Shown: positions 1-8,649, counted from the stretch's first letter. The stretch: DNA of 11,630 bases from Candidatus Hydrogenedentota bacterium (GCA_046583315.1 JAYGCN010000173.1:1-11630); one strand, 5' to 3'. Program-made: numbers and translations. Notes: a model not told the origin generated them from the sequence alone.

Positions 1-505
1 TTTTCTTTTTTTCGATGCCCAACATCCAAAAGTGAATGGCCCAAACGTAGAAACATACCATCATGATTTCGGCCATGACGTTGGTGCTGGAAACGACGAA
101 GGCGGGTGTGGTGATGCCGATGACGATGGCGAGCAGGGGGCGCTGTGTGAAGCGGGTCGCGATGAGGTAGCCGCCGAGCCCCACGCCGATGGCGGGTAGC
201 ATGAACGCGAGGTGCATGGTCCATTCCTGCCATCCGACGAGTAGTCCGACAAGAGCCATGTAGTAGGAGACGAGGGGGGGATTCTTGTTTTCGGCGGCGG
301 CTGAGGAGGTGAAACCGGTCCAGTTGATGTCATAGCCGTAAAAATCGAGGGGTTCTTCGAGGATGTGTTGTCCTGTCCATAGGTAGAAGGGATCGTCGAG
401 GTGGTAGGCCTTGTTCACGAAGGGGATCAGCAGTAGGAAGATGATCGCGGCGACGATCAGCATTTGCTTGCGGTGGTCCACGTTATCGGTCAATTCGTCA
501 CTCAT
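1..505 (-). CDS. GT-C fold membrane glycosyltransferase, ArnT/PMT (GT83/GT39)-like; 5' part only, runs off the left edge
   Basis: Not in the ORF track. Manual translation from ATG 505: MSDELTDNVDHRKQMLIVAAIIFLLLIPFVNKAYHLDDPFYLWTGQHILEEPLDFYG...ENKNPPLVSYYMALVGLLVGWQEWTMHLAFMLP...TPAFVVSSTNVMAE...IEKKK, open to base 1 (168 codons). TM helix followed by an acidic DD pair and a later NPPL motif are typical of ArnT/PMT-like GT-C enzymes. Start overlaps the upstream stop (ATGAGTGA, 505-498). Confidence 0.85.
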   Translation of the reverse strand, partial: MSDELTDNVDHRKQMLIVAAIIFLLLIPFVNKAYHLDDPFYLWTGQHILEEPLDFYGYDINWTGFTSSAAAENKNPPLVSYYMALVGLLVGWQEWTMHLAFMLPAIGVGLGGYLIATRFTQRPLLAIVIGITTPAFVVSSTNVMAEIMMVCFYVWAIHFWMLGIEKKK

Positions 506-2957
506 TGGTCAGTGATTCCGTTTGAGACTTATGAGGTTTTCGTATCAATACCATCATAACCGCGATGAAAAAGGCGATGGTGCTGAGCAGGGAAATCCAG
601 CGACCGATGGTGTAGGATTCCGGCGTGTATTCGATGCGGATGTGGTGTTTTCCGGCGGTGATGGGGATGCCGCGCAGGGTGTAGTCCACGGGGATCAGGT
701 CGTAGCTGGATTGAACGGAATCGTCGAGCGCGGTGGCGTGCCAGTTTTTGCTGTAGGAATCGGTCATGACGAGCAGGGTGGCCTTGTCGACTTCCACTTC
801 GATGGTGACGTGGTCGGTGGATTGGTCGAGAATGTTGATGCTGGCGGTTACGCGTTCGCCTGGTTTGAGGGTCGCAGGTTTGGGGTCCAGTTCTTGTTCA
901 ACCAGGGCCAGTTTGTCTGCTGGAAAATTTTTGTCGCCCAAGGCTTCGAACACGGCGTCTTTGTCTTCGCAGATCAGATATTCGTTCATGATGTGGAAGC
1001 GTTGGAAGGCACCTTCTACGGGCCATAGGCTGGAGGGTAAGCCCCATTCGCCGGGGGCAACAATAATGTATTTGGTACGCAAGAGTTTGAAAAGTTCGAG
1101 GTCGCCGTCGATTCCATCTTCTGAGAAGGTGATCGATTTTTGCCAGTGTATGGCCTGGGCGACGGGGTCGCCGCCGGTGAGTGCGCCCTTGGTGAGTTCT
1201 GTGTCGTGGCTACGTCCTCCTGCGAACACGACGAAGGTGGCATAGCGCTCGAGGATGACGGGGTCGTATCCCCAGATGACGAAGCGTTCGGTGTCGACGG
1301 CGTAGTTTCGGCGGGAGTTATCGATGCCGGGGACATCGAGGATTCGGTAATCGCCGGGAATTTGCGCGATGACCTCGTCGAATAGTTCGCGTTTGTGGTC
1401 GTCGAGGCTGAAGGTAGGCCGGTGCAGGCGTGCGAATACGAGTACCTCGATGATGGCGAGCGCGAAGAGTCCGTAGCGCCAGTGTCGTCGTTGGATGGAT
1501 ACTCGTTGGAGTATGGCGATGAGCACGATGGTGATGCCGGCGACGAGTACGCTGTAGTACATCAAGGTGGCGGCATCGTAATAGTATTCTTTGGAGAGAT
1601 CAAAGCCAGCGGTCCAGAAAAAGAAGGTGTCGCCTGAATCTCTGCGCAGATCGACCATGCCTTCGAAGAAGTCCATGTTGGATCGCGTGATGGAAACCCA
1701 CATGGTGCCCGCGATGGCGAGTATGATGAGTCCGGGAATGGCGGGGAGCATCGCGAAAACGCGGGATCGGTGCTCTCGGTTCATGAAGGCATCGAAACCC
1801 ATGGCGGCGAGCATGGCGATGAGGATTGAGGCGGGATACATGAGCTTTCCGGGCGCGCGGAAGGCGTTGAATACGGGTAGATGTTCGAAGACGATTTGAT
1901 AGACGGGTGTATATCGTCCCAGCGCGAGTGTGATGAACAGGATGATGATGGTGACGAAAATCCAGCGCTGGCGATCGGTGCCGATGGCGATGCCGTAGCC
2001 CGCCAGAAACAGACCTGCGATGCTCATGAACATGGTTGAATCCCAGAAGGCCCAACGTCCCCAATACATCAGGTGGATCATGTTTCCGTAGAAGGTGGGA
2101 GCCAGAAATCCGAGCAGACTTTCGGGATGGAGCGAGTAGCTGGATGCGAAGTTGAATTCGGTACCGACCGAGCGCATGCTTTCGCTGGCGACGTCGAGTC
2201 CTGTCCAGAGTTGCACGCATGCGATGAGGGGCGGAACGATGCCGAAGGGGATGAAGGCGAGAATGGCTTTTCCGCGATGGGGGCAGTTGATTAATCGGAG
2301 CATGCAGTATAGCGCGGCCATGAGTCCGGTCATGAAGAGGGATTGGGGATGTCCGGCGAGGATTTGCATGCTCGTGGCGAATACGCCGACGAGCACCCAT
2401 CCGGTGCTGGGTCGTTTGAAAATGTGGTCGATGGACAGCATGACGAGGGGTGCCCAGGCGAAGGCTTGTAGCATGGTGATGTGACCGGCCATGACTCTGG
2501 AGAAACATGCGCCGCCGAATGCGAGCATCATCCCGGCGAGGAATGATGAATCCCATCGAAGTCCGCGCCCGCGTGCCCAGCAGAACATGAAGAATCCTGT
2601 GAGTATGACGTGGAAGGCGACGTCGATGTTCATGGCGGTGTCGACGGAGAAGGCGAGGTAGATTAGGTTGAAGGGGTAGAACATGGCGGATTGAAATCCA
2701 CCGACGAAGGGGGTGCCGGAGTAGATGTGAGGATTCCAGAGCGGCATGTTTCCGTTGGCGAGTTCGCGAAATCCGAAGGCGCGCATGCGGGTGAAGTATT
2801 GGGAGCCGTCGCTGAGTCGGTAGGAGATGACGTTGCCGTCGGCGTTGAAAATGAGGTCGCCGAACATGACGAGGCAGATGCCAGTGAAGGCGGCCAGCGC
2901 GAGCAGGTAGCCTTTCGTGTCAGAGTGGGACGGTTCCTCGGGGGAATTTGTGCTCAT
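498..2957 (-). CDS. YfhO-family polytopic membrane protein (putative GT-C glycosyltransferase), 819 aa
   Basis: Long ORF with many hydrophobic segments; N-terminal D...PLWNPHIYSGTPF...FYP motif, central FRAPGK, a large C-terminal extracytoplasmic domain ending VDYTLRGIPITAGKHHIRIEYTP and a final TM helix, which is the YfhO-like layout. Confidence 0.85.
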   Translation of the reverse strand: MSTNSPEEPSHSDTKGYLLALAAFTGICLVMFGDLIFNADGNVISYRLSDGSQYFTRMRAFGFRELANGNMPLWNPHIYSGTPFVGGFQSAMFYPFNLIYLAFSVDTAMNIDVAFHVILTGFFMFCWARGRGLRWDSSFLAGMMLAFGGACFSRVMAGHITMLQAFAWAPLVMLSIDHIFKRPSTGWVLVGVFATSMQILAGHPQSLFMTGLMAALYCMLRLINCPHRGKAILAFIPFGIVPPLIACVQLWTGLDVASESMRSVGTEFNFASSYSLHPESLLGFLAPTFYGNMIHLMYWGRWAFWDSTMFMSIAGLFLAGYGIAIGTDRQRWIFVTIIILFITLALGRYTPVYQIVFEHLPVFNAFRAPGKLMYPASILIAMLAAMGFDAFMNREHRSRVFAMLPAIPGLIILAIAGTMWVSITRSNMDFFEGMVDLRRDSGDTFFFWTAGFDLSKEYYYDAATLMYYSVLVAGITIVLIAILQRVSIQRRHWRYGLFALAIIEVLVFARLHRPTFSLDDHKRELFDEVIAQIPGDYRILDVPGIDNSRRNYAVDTERFVIWGYDPVILERYATFVVFAGGRSHDTELTKGALTGGDPVAQAIHWQKSITFSEDGIDGDLELFKLLRTKYIIVAPGEWGLPSSLWPVEGAFQRFHIMNEYLICEDKDAVFEALGDKNFPADKLALVEQELDPKPATLKPGERVTASINILDQSTDHVTIEVEVDKATLLVMTDSYSKNWHATALDDSVQSSYDLIPVDYTLRGIPITAGKHHIRIEYTPESYTIGRWISLLSTIAFFIAVMMVLIRKPHKSQTESLTNE

Positions 2958-2994
2958 GGAGTGCCTATTGTGCGCGGGTGTCTGGTTGACACGA

Positions 2995-4089
2995 TTATTT
3001 TCCGCTCTTCCACGCGTATTGGGAACTGAGGCTGTAGTTCCAGACGGCGCCTACACCTGCGCCGAGTAATCCGGCGACGGCGACAGGCAGCGAATAGTCG
3101 AAAAGGTATTTGGCCACCATGATGTTGATGGCGGCGCCACTGGCACAACTGAGGTAGAAAATAAGGAGTCCTTTGAAGAGGGCCGAGCCTTTGTTGCGCC
3201 GATCGGAGTAGGTAAATGCATTGTTGAGGAAGTAGTTAATGGTCATGGCGACGATGACGGCTGTGGTCTGTGCGGCTATAAAGCTGACATTCCACACGTT
3301 GTATGCCGAAAGTAAGATGATCAGGTGTACGATGGCTCCGAGCAGGCCCATGGCGACGAAAAAGATGAATCGCACGGGGATGAATTTGCCGATGGTTTTC
3401 TCGCAGAGCAGCAGAAGGTATTCCCAGAGCACGACGGAATCGAGTTTGCTGTCGCCGTGTTCGCGGGCGCGCATTTGGTAGCCGACTTCGCCGAATTTGA
3501 TTTCGGTTTTGGAGGAGGCCATCACGTCGAGCAGGATTTTGAAGCCTTTGCCGGAGAGATGATGCACGACGTTGTAGAAGAAGCTTCGTTTGAGCATGAA
3601 GAATCCGCTCATGGGGTCGGTTGTTTTTACGCCGAGCAGGTTGACGCCGAGCCAGGTGGCGAAGAGGCTCATTTGCAGGCGAATCCCGGGCAGTCCGACG
3701 CCGGTGGAGCCGCCTTCGGTGAATCGACTGCCGATGACGAGGTCGAGGTCTTCGTCTTTGAGTTTGGTGAGCATGGCGGGCAGGATGGTTTCGTCGTGCT
3801 GCATGTCGGCATCCATGACGGCGACGTAGGGTGCGGAGGAGGAGCAGATGCCTTCGATGCAGGCGGAGGAAAGCCCGCGGCGACCGACCCGTTTTAGGCA
3901 TCGCACCTTGGGGTTGTCTTGATTGAGTGTGAATACGTGCTCGGCGGTTCCGTCCGGGCTGTCATCGTCGACGAATACGGCTTCCCAGTCGATGCCTTGC
4001 AGGCAGTTGTCCAGTTTTGCGAGCAGTTCTTCTACGTTATCGTTTTCATTAAAGGTGGGGATAACGATGGTAAGGTCTTTTGCTGACAT
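2995..4089 (-). CDS. GT2 polyprenol-phosphate glycosyltransferase (DPM1/GtrB-like) fused to a C-terminal GtrA-like flippase domain, 364 aa
   Basis: GT2 motifs IVIPTFNE, VDDDSPDGT, MDADMQHD, DPMSGFF, GFKILL, GDSKL. The last ~125 aa form four hydrophobic helices with RFIFFVAMGLLGAIVH, NYFLNNAFTY and WNY, as in GtrA/GtcA. Confidence 0.92.
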   Translation of the reverse strand: MSAKDLTIVIPTFNENDNVEELLAKLDNCLQGIDWEAVFVDDDSPDGTAEHVFTLNQDNPKVRCLKRVGRRGLSSACIEGICSSSAPYVAVMDADMQHDETILPAMLTKLKDEDLDLVIGSRFTEGGSTGVGLPGIRLQMSLFATWLGVNLLGVKTTDPMSGFFMLKRSFFYNVVHHLSGKGFKILLDVMASSKTEIKFGEVGYQMRAREHGDSKLDSVVLWEYLLLLCEKTIGKFIPVRFIFFVAMGLLGAIVHLIILLSAYNVWNVSFIAAQTTAVIVAMTINYFLNNAFTYSDRRNKGSALFKGLLIFYLSCASGAAINIMVAKYLFDYSLPVAVAGLLGAGVGAVWNYSLSSQYAWKSGK

Positions 4090-4113
4090 GGTGTGATCTG
4101 CTTCTTTCCGGAG

Positions 4114-4845
4114 TTATTGTTTCGGGGCAAAACCTTCGCCCAATAATAAGAAACCCAGCGCGGGTTGTAAAATTGGATTTTCTATCCGTTGCCAGGCATC
4201 GGCGAGTTTCCAGTGAATCGCGGCTGAAAAGGGGGCCAGGCCCTGGAAGGTGGTTACGCTGGGCTCTTCGAAACCGACTTCTTGCAAGGTTTGTTTCAGC
4301 CGTGCTTTCTTAAACAGGTTGATGTGTTGATCTTCGTAGGAAAGTTCGCTCATTCGATTAACGGCTATCTCCAGCAATGGCCAGAGGCTTCCGTAGTTCG
4401 GCGTAGTCAGCACGACTTTTCCGCCCGGCTTGAGTACGCGGCGAACCTCGGTCAGCAGGTCTTTCACGACCTGGACTTCGAGATGTTCAATGAGTTCGAT
4501 GAGCGTGACAGCATCGAAACGGTCGTCTTCGAAAGGCAGTGGCCCGGGCGGCACGCACTGAAATTCGTGATTGTCGCTCGTATACTGGCTGGAGGCGTAG
4601 TCGACTTGCGCCTGGGCGATGTCGGTACCCAGGGAGTGTCCGGGGTCGGTCAGTGAGCCGATGAAGGTGCCGGGTCCGCAGGCAATATCGAGGTGTTTAT
4701 CGAAGGTATCGGGCATGGCGCGGCGCACGTGGCGAAATTTGAGGTGGTGCCACTTGCTCTGGGAGCCCGTTGCGCGATGATATACCTTGTCGTAATACCC
4801 GGCATCGATGGAATCGTAATCATACTCGGTCGAATGCTCTGACAC
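4114..4845 (-). CDS. Class I SAM-dependent methyltransferase
   Basis: Motif I LDIACGPG, then LPFEDDRFDAVTLIELIEH and RVLKPGGKVVLTTPN. The ORF track starts at TTG 4878; I prefer GTG 4845 because AAGGA lies 10 nt upstream (4856-4860) and the TTG would sit only about 6 nt past the predicted transcription start. Confidence 0.88.
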   Translation of the reverse strand: MSEHSTEYDYDSIDAGYYDKVYHRATGSQSKWHHLKFRHVRRAMPDTFDKHLDIACGPGTFIGSLTDPGHSLGTDIAQAQVDYASSQYTSDNHEFQCVPPGPLPFEDDRFDAVTLIELIEHLEVQVVKDLLTEVRRVLKPGGKVVLTTPNYGSLWPLLEIAVNRMSELSYEDQHINLFKKARLKQTLQEVGFEEPSVTTFQGLAPFSAAIHWKLADAWQRIENPILQPALGFLLLGEGFAPKQ

Positions 4846-4890
4846 GTGGGAATCGTCCTTCGCTGAACTGTTAGTCAATATAAGTCGAGT

Positions 4891-4919
4891 ATTATCTCAT
4901 TTAGGCGAAGAAATGGCAA
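4891..4919 (-). promoter_or_regulatory. Putative sigma70 promoter for the methyltransferase-GT2/GtrA-YfhO-GT-C operon
   Basis: TTGCCA (4919-4914), 17-nt spacer, GATAAT (4896-4891), with an extended -10 TGn. Pattern match by eye only. Confidence 0.55.
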
Positions 4920-6317
4920 AAAGGTTATTGGACAGACCAATTGTATCGTGATTGGCGGTGCGTTGCATCTGATGCGCGCGGGTTTTCTGATTCACGTAAC
5001 CCAGGCTTTCTAGCACTTCGCGCTCTTCATCGGTAGGTTCACGAAGTTCGACGGGGATGTTTAGTTTCTGGGCATTCATGTAGTGCTCCCCGAGCGCGCA
5101 ACTGCTCGTCAATATTTTCGTCCGGGAACAGGTTATGTTGTTCGCCGGGGTCATCCTTCAGGTTGTACAGCTTCGTCTTAAACTCAAAGGTGTACTCGGG
5201 TCCGTTGGGCAGTGTGACCGTATGTTTCTCAATCTCGTAGATCAGTTTTTGACCCTCGCGTATGACGCTGAGCTGGTAGGGTGACTGGGTAAAAATGGTT
5301 GGTTTCAGGTAGCCCTCATCATTTCTCATCAGGGGTACCAGGGATTGGCCATCGCGCCGCAGGGTGTCGTCAATGCCAAAGAGGTCTGTTAGGGTTGGAA
5401 GCAGATCGGTCATTTCTACTGATGTCGAGACCCGGCCGGGCTTAAAATTCGCCGCCGCTGATGGAATCAGGAGAAGCGGTACGTGGGTCACTTCGCGGTA
5501 AGGCGTTCCGGAGTGATATCGATCTTTTGTGTTCTCCGAAGGCTTCCCCGTGATCGGACATGATCACTACCAGGGTATTTTCCAGTTGGCCTGCGTCGTC
5601 CAGCGCTTGAAGCAACTCGCCGAGCATCGCATCGATCCGTTGTATAATTGGCGAGATACAGTCGACGCATGACTACCATTTGTTCGTCGGTTTCGGCTGT
5701 CCAGCCGGTATTGAAAACGGAAAGGATAAATTTTCGTTCAAGATTGAAAAATGTTCCTGTGCGTCTTGTCCCGGCGGCACTGATGATGTATCGACAAAGC
5801 GACTGAGGTAGGGTTCTTCGGGTGGATAGGGGCTGTGTGGGCGAAGTGTATGCACGTATGCGAACCATGGATTCGAATCGCCGTTTTGAACCCACTCGAA
5901 GAGATTGTCGAAGAGCCTCTGCGACACTTCGTTACGGTTCCTGATGGTTTCCGCGTTGTTGTCATTTCTGAACAGGTGATATTGAAACAGATCGAAGCCT
6001 TTGTCGGTGCCGTTGCCTTCGCTGATGTGGGGGTTATCCGAAAATGCGCCAGTTCGGTAGCCTGATTGATGAAACAATTCTCCAATCGGAAGGTCTTCAT
6101 CGCGCATGGGGGAGACATCCTTGGAGTGATAGGGGTAACGGCCGTTGAGGTAGGACCATGCTGAGGTGCTGGTGGATGTGTACTGGCTGGTGGCGTCGTC
6201 AAAAACGATGCCTTTCCTGGCCCATTCATCGATGTTGGGGGTCGTTGGTTCGGGGAATCCGTAGAGGGAACTTTTGGCGGCGTAAAAGGCATCGAGCACG
6301 ACGATGAGGTAGTTCAT
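4897..6317 (-). pseudogene. Frameshifted sulfatase-like (alkaline phosphatase superfamily) gene, paralog of 8706-10220; pseudogene or local assembly error
   Basis: Five ORF-track fragments (5673-6317, 5488-5895, 5442-5627, 5039-5491, 4897-5154) tile into one protein colinear with the intact paralog (46/63 identical N-terminal residues by hand count; SDHGEAFGEH; GTPYRE; RDGQSL; LESLGYV). Frame changes at about 5747-5751, 5646-5647, 5517-5528 and 5094-5099. Homology ends near 4990. Confidence 0.85.
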
Positions 6318-6398
6318 CGGGGCTTGGGGAGTCGATGTTATTGCCGGGGTTTTTGACGGGAAGAATGATTCTATCCTCGAAGGTTGAGGTGGGTAATA

Positions 6399-6428
6399 AT
6401 TTTATCACCGGATTCGATAAGTATTCAA
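6399..6428 (-). promoter_or_regulatory. Putative sigma70 promoter of the frameshifted sulfatase-like gene
   Basis: TTGAAT (6428-6423), 18-nt spacer, TAAAAT (6404-6399) with an extended TGn, in an AT-rich gap. Confidence 0.5.
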
Positions 6429-6444
6429 TTTGAGTTCCGCGGCA

Positions 6445-8649
6445 TTAATCGATATAACCGAGGCCGCGTAAGGCCTCTTCCAACTCCGGATCGAGGTCTT
6501 CGTCGGCGATGGCGTCTGCGGGGGGCACGTGCCAGATGTAGAGGTTCGTTTCTCGCGGGAGGGATTCGAGGGAAATGGCGAAGGGGGGCACGATCCACTC
6601 CACGGCCCGTCCTTGCAGTCCCGTGGCGGATGCGTGGTGTCCAATGCCGCCCAAATGGACGCGTTCTTCGGGTATGGCGGTTCCTTCGAGTTGAATATCG
6701 ATCTGGAATTCGTCTGTGAAGGTGGCGGGAATGATGATTTCGGCAAAGTCCATCTCGGTCATGTAATCGTCGGGTCGTTGCAACATGACGAGTTTGCGCA
6801 TCATGGGGTCATCGAGACTTTTTCGCCATTTTGTGGAGGGCAGGAAGGGGTCGTCCGCCTCGGGCATGTTTAGCGTGAAGGTCAGGGTGTCGTCGCTGAG
6901 ATCGGTGGTCGAGAGTTCTTCAGGATAGTTCAGGTCGAAGCTGCTGACCCCGGAGATGGTTCCTGAGAAGTGAACGGCTTTTTTGGAATCGTGGGTGATG
7001 AGTATGTGGAGACCTTCTGCGCCGTCACGGGACATTTTTTGTATGTGTTGGAGTAGGGGATCGGGATCGAGCGGGGATTGGGTTAAAGGGTTTAGTTCGC
7101 CGGGATCGGTCGTTAGATTAAACCATTCTTTGTTTTGTGTACTGAGGTCGAAGATCAGTTTTTCGTTCGTGGTTTGGGTGGCTTCCATGCTTTTCTGGTC
7201 GAGTCGGAGTGAGGTGTAGGCCATGGCTTTGTAGGGTTCATTGGCGTTTACGGCGGAAACGAAGGATGCGCCCTGGAATCGGGCGGGTGACTCGATGCCG
7301 ACATACTCGAGAATGGAGGGGGCTACGTCGACGGTTTCGACGATATGCTCGTAGCGCGTTCCGGCGCGTTTGTTGCCAGGCAGTTTGACGATGAAGGGAA
7401 CCTTGAGTTGCTCGTCGTACAGCGTCAGGCCGTGGCTGGTGCCGCCGTGTTCCCAGAATTCTTCGCCATGATCGGATAGGAACACGATAAGGGAGTTGTC
7501 GTAGCGGTCGTTGGCGCGTAAGTGGTCAAGATATTTGCCTACTTGGGCATCGGCGTATGCGATCTCCGAGTCGTAGAGGTCCACGGTATTCTGGCGATCG
7601 AAGTCGGTGTCGCTTTGGTCGTCTTGGCGCGGACGAAACAGTTGGGTTTTGTAGGGTTCTTTGGCCAGGTAGGGCGAATGCGGTGAGAGAAGGTGTATAA
7701 ATTGGAAGCGGGGCTTCGAGGACGGGGTATCGAGGAAGTCGATGGCCTTTTGGACGGCGTTGGCATCATCGGATGCGAACCAATCTTGCGAATCCACGTC
7801 CACGTAACGACGAAATCCTTTTCCGAATCCCCAAATGGGGAGGCAATTCGGGTTGGTGATGATGCCGTCGGTGTCGTAACCGGCTTGTTGTAGCGTGACG
7901 GGTAACCAGTCGACGGTGTCGCGCACGACGTCGCCTCGATCCAGTGCACCGTGCAGGTTTGGATAGGCGGAGGTGAGCAGACTGGCGATGGCCGTGCGGG
8001 TCCAGGAAGTCTGGGACACGTATTCGGTGAAAAGAATGGCGTCTTTTGCGAAGGCGTCGATGTTGGGACTGGTGTTGCGCTTATACCCGTAGACGCCCAG
8101 ATGATCGGCGCGCAGGGTATCGACGAGGATGACGATGACGTCGGGTTTGGGAGCAGGGGTTTTGGTGATGGAATCGATCTTTCCGATGGAGAAGGCTGAA
8201 TCGGAGTCAATTAGAATTTCGTGAGGTATGTAGGTCATGAACCGAAAGTAGACATCGTTCCATCGTCCGTTGCCGGGTGTTTCCATTGTTTGTATAGCGT
8301 GCCCGGTCGCATCGCGTAAGGTAACGGTCGCCGGGTGGCCCGATGCATCGAGGATTTCGATGAGGATTCGCGCGCCTGGAGCGGGTGCATCAAGCGGAAT
8401 GAGAATGGGGTCGGCGCCCGATACTTCGCGTGCGTCGCGCCATTCTTGGACCATGTTCACTTGTGTGTGTGTGCGTACAAGCTGCGCGTCGAGGGTGTGA
8501 GGAACGCGGGGTGCGGAAGCGTCGCCTTCGGGCTGGGAGTTGCCGCATGCGCTGAGACCCACGATGATCGTGGTGAGTGAAAACAAGCGGCCTAGTGGCG
8601 ATGTGGTTAGCAAATTCAGCATGGGTTCGCGGGTGGGGTGTATGGGCAT
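6445..8649 (-). CDS. Sulfatase-like alkaline-phosphatase-superfamily lipoprotein with extra N- and C-terminal domains, 734 aa (start may be ATG 8622)
   Basis: Lipobox LSAC (8556-8545) after a hydrophobic stretch; core motifs PDVIVILVDTLRADHLGVYGY, TSPNID, WTRTAIASLLTS, HLLSPHSPY, YDSEIAYAD, SDHGEEFWEHG, VPFIV, DVAPSIL; tail LRGLGYID. Confidence 0.9.
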   Translation of the reverse strand: MPIHPTREPMLNLLTTSPLGRLFSLTTIIVGLSACGNSQPEGDASAPRVPHTLDAQLVRTHTQVNMVQEWRDAREVSGADPILIPLDAPAPGARILIEILDASGHPATVTLRDATGHAIQTMETPGNGRWNDVYFRFMTYIPHEILIDSDSAFSIGKIDSITKTPAPKPDVIVILVDTLRADHLGVYGYKRNTSPNIDAFAKDAILFTEYVSQTSWTRTAIASLLTSAYPNLHGALDRGDVVRDTVDWLPVTLQQAGYDTDGIITNPNCLPIWGFGKGFRRYVDVDSQDWFASDDANAVQKAIDFLDTPSSKPRFQFIHLLSPHSPYLAKEPYKTQLFRPRQDDQSDTDFDRQNTVDLYDSEIAYADAQVGKYLDHLRANDRYDNSLIVFLSDHGEEFWEHGGTSHGLTLYDEQLKVPFIVKLPGNKRAGTRYEHIVETVDVAPSILEYVGIESPARFQGASFVSAVNANEPYKAMAYTSLRLDQKSMEATQTTNEKLIFDLSTQNKEWFNLTTDPGELNPLTQSPLDPDPLLQHIQKMSRDGAEGLHILITHDSKKAVHFSGTISGVSSFDLNYPEELSTTDLSDDTLTFTLNMPEADDPFLPSTKWRKSLDDPMMRKLVMLQRPDDYMTEMDFAEIIIPATFTDEFQIDIQLEGTAIPEERVHLGGIGHHASATGLQGRAVEWIVPPFAISLESLPRETNLYIWHVPPADAIADEDLDPELEEALRGLGYID
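8462..8473. repeat. (TG)6 dinucleotide microsatellite inside the 734-aa CDS
   Basis: TGTGTGTGTGTG read directly; encodes part of RTHTQ on the minus strand. Confidence 0.7.

Noticed and set aside
1600..2556. 318-aa His/Arg-rich minus-strand ORF (similarly 3236-3901, 7539-8210, 61-333)
   Set aside because: Alternative-frame products of C-ending codon bias inside real genes; low-complexity composition.
2979..2995. Perfect TTGACA (2986-2991, plus strand) and a small GTGTC/GACAC hairpin
   Set aside because: No -10 box at 16-18 nt; the 5-bp stem has no U-tract, so neither a promoter nor a terminator is supported.
5094..5751. Programmed ribosomal frameshifting as the explanation for the split gene
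   Set aside because: It would need four shifts in different directions, with no canonical slippery heptamer or stimulatory structure seen.
6425..6445. TAATG-coupled mini-ORF MPRNSN after the 734-aa gene
   Set aside because: Only six codons, no similarity to the paralog's signal peptide; likely chance.
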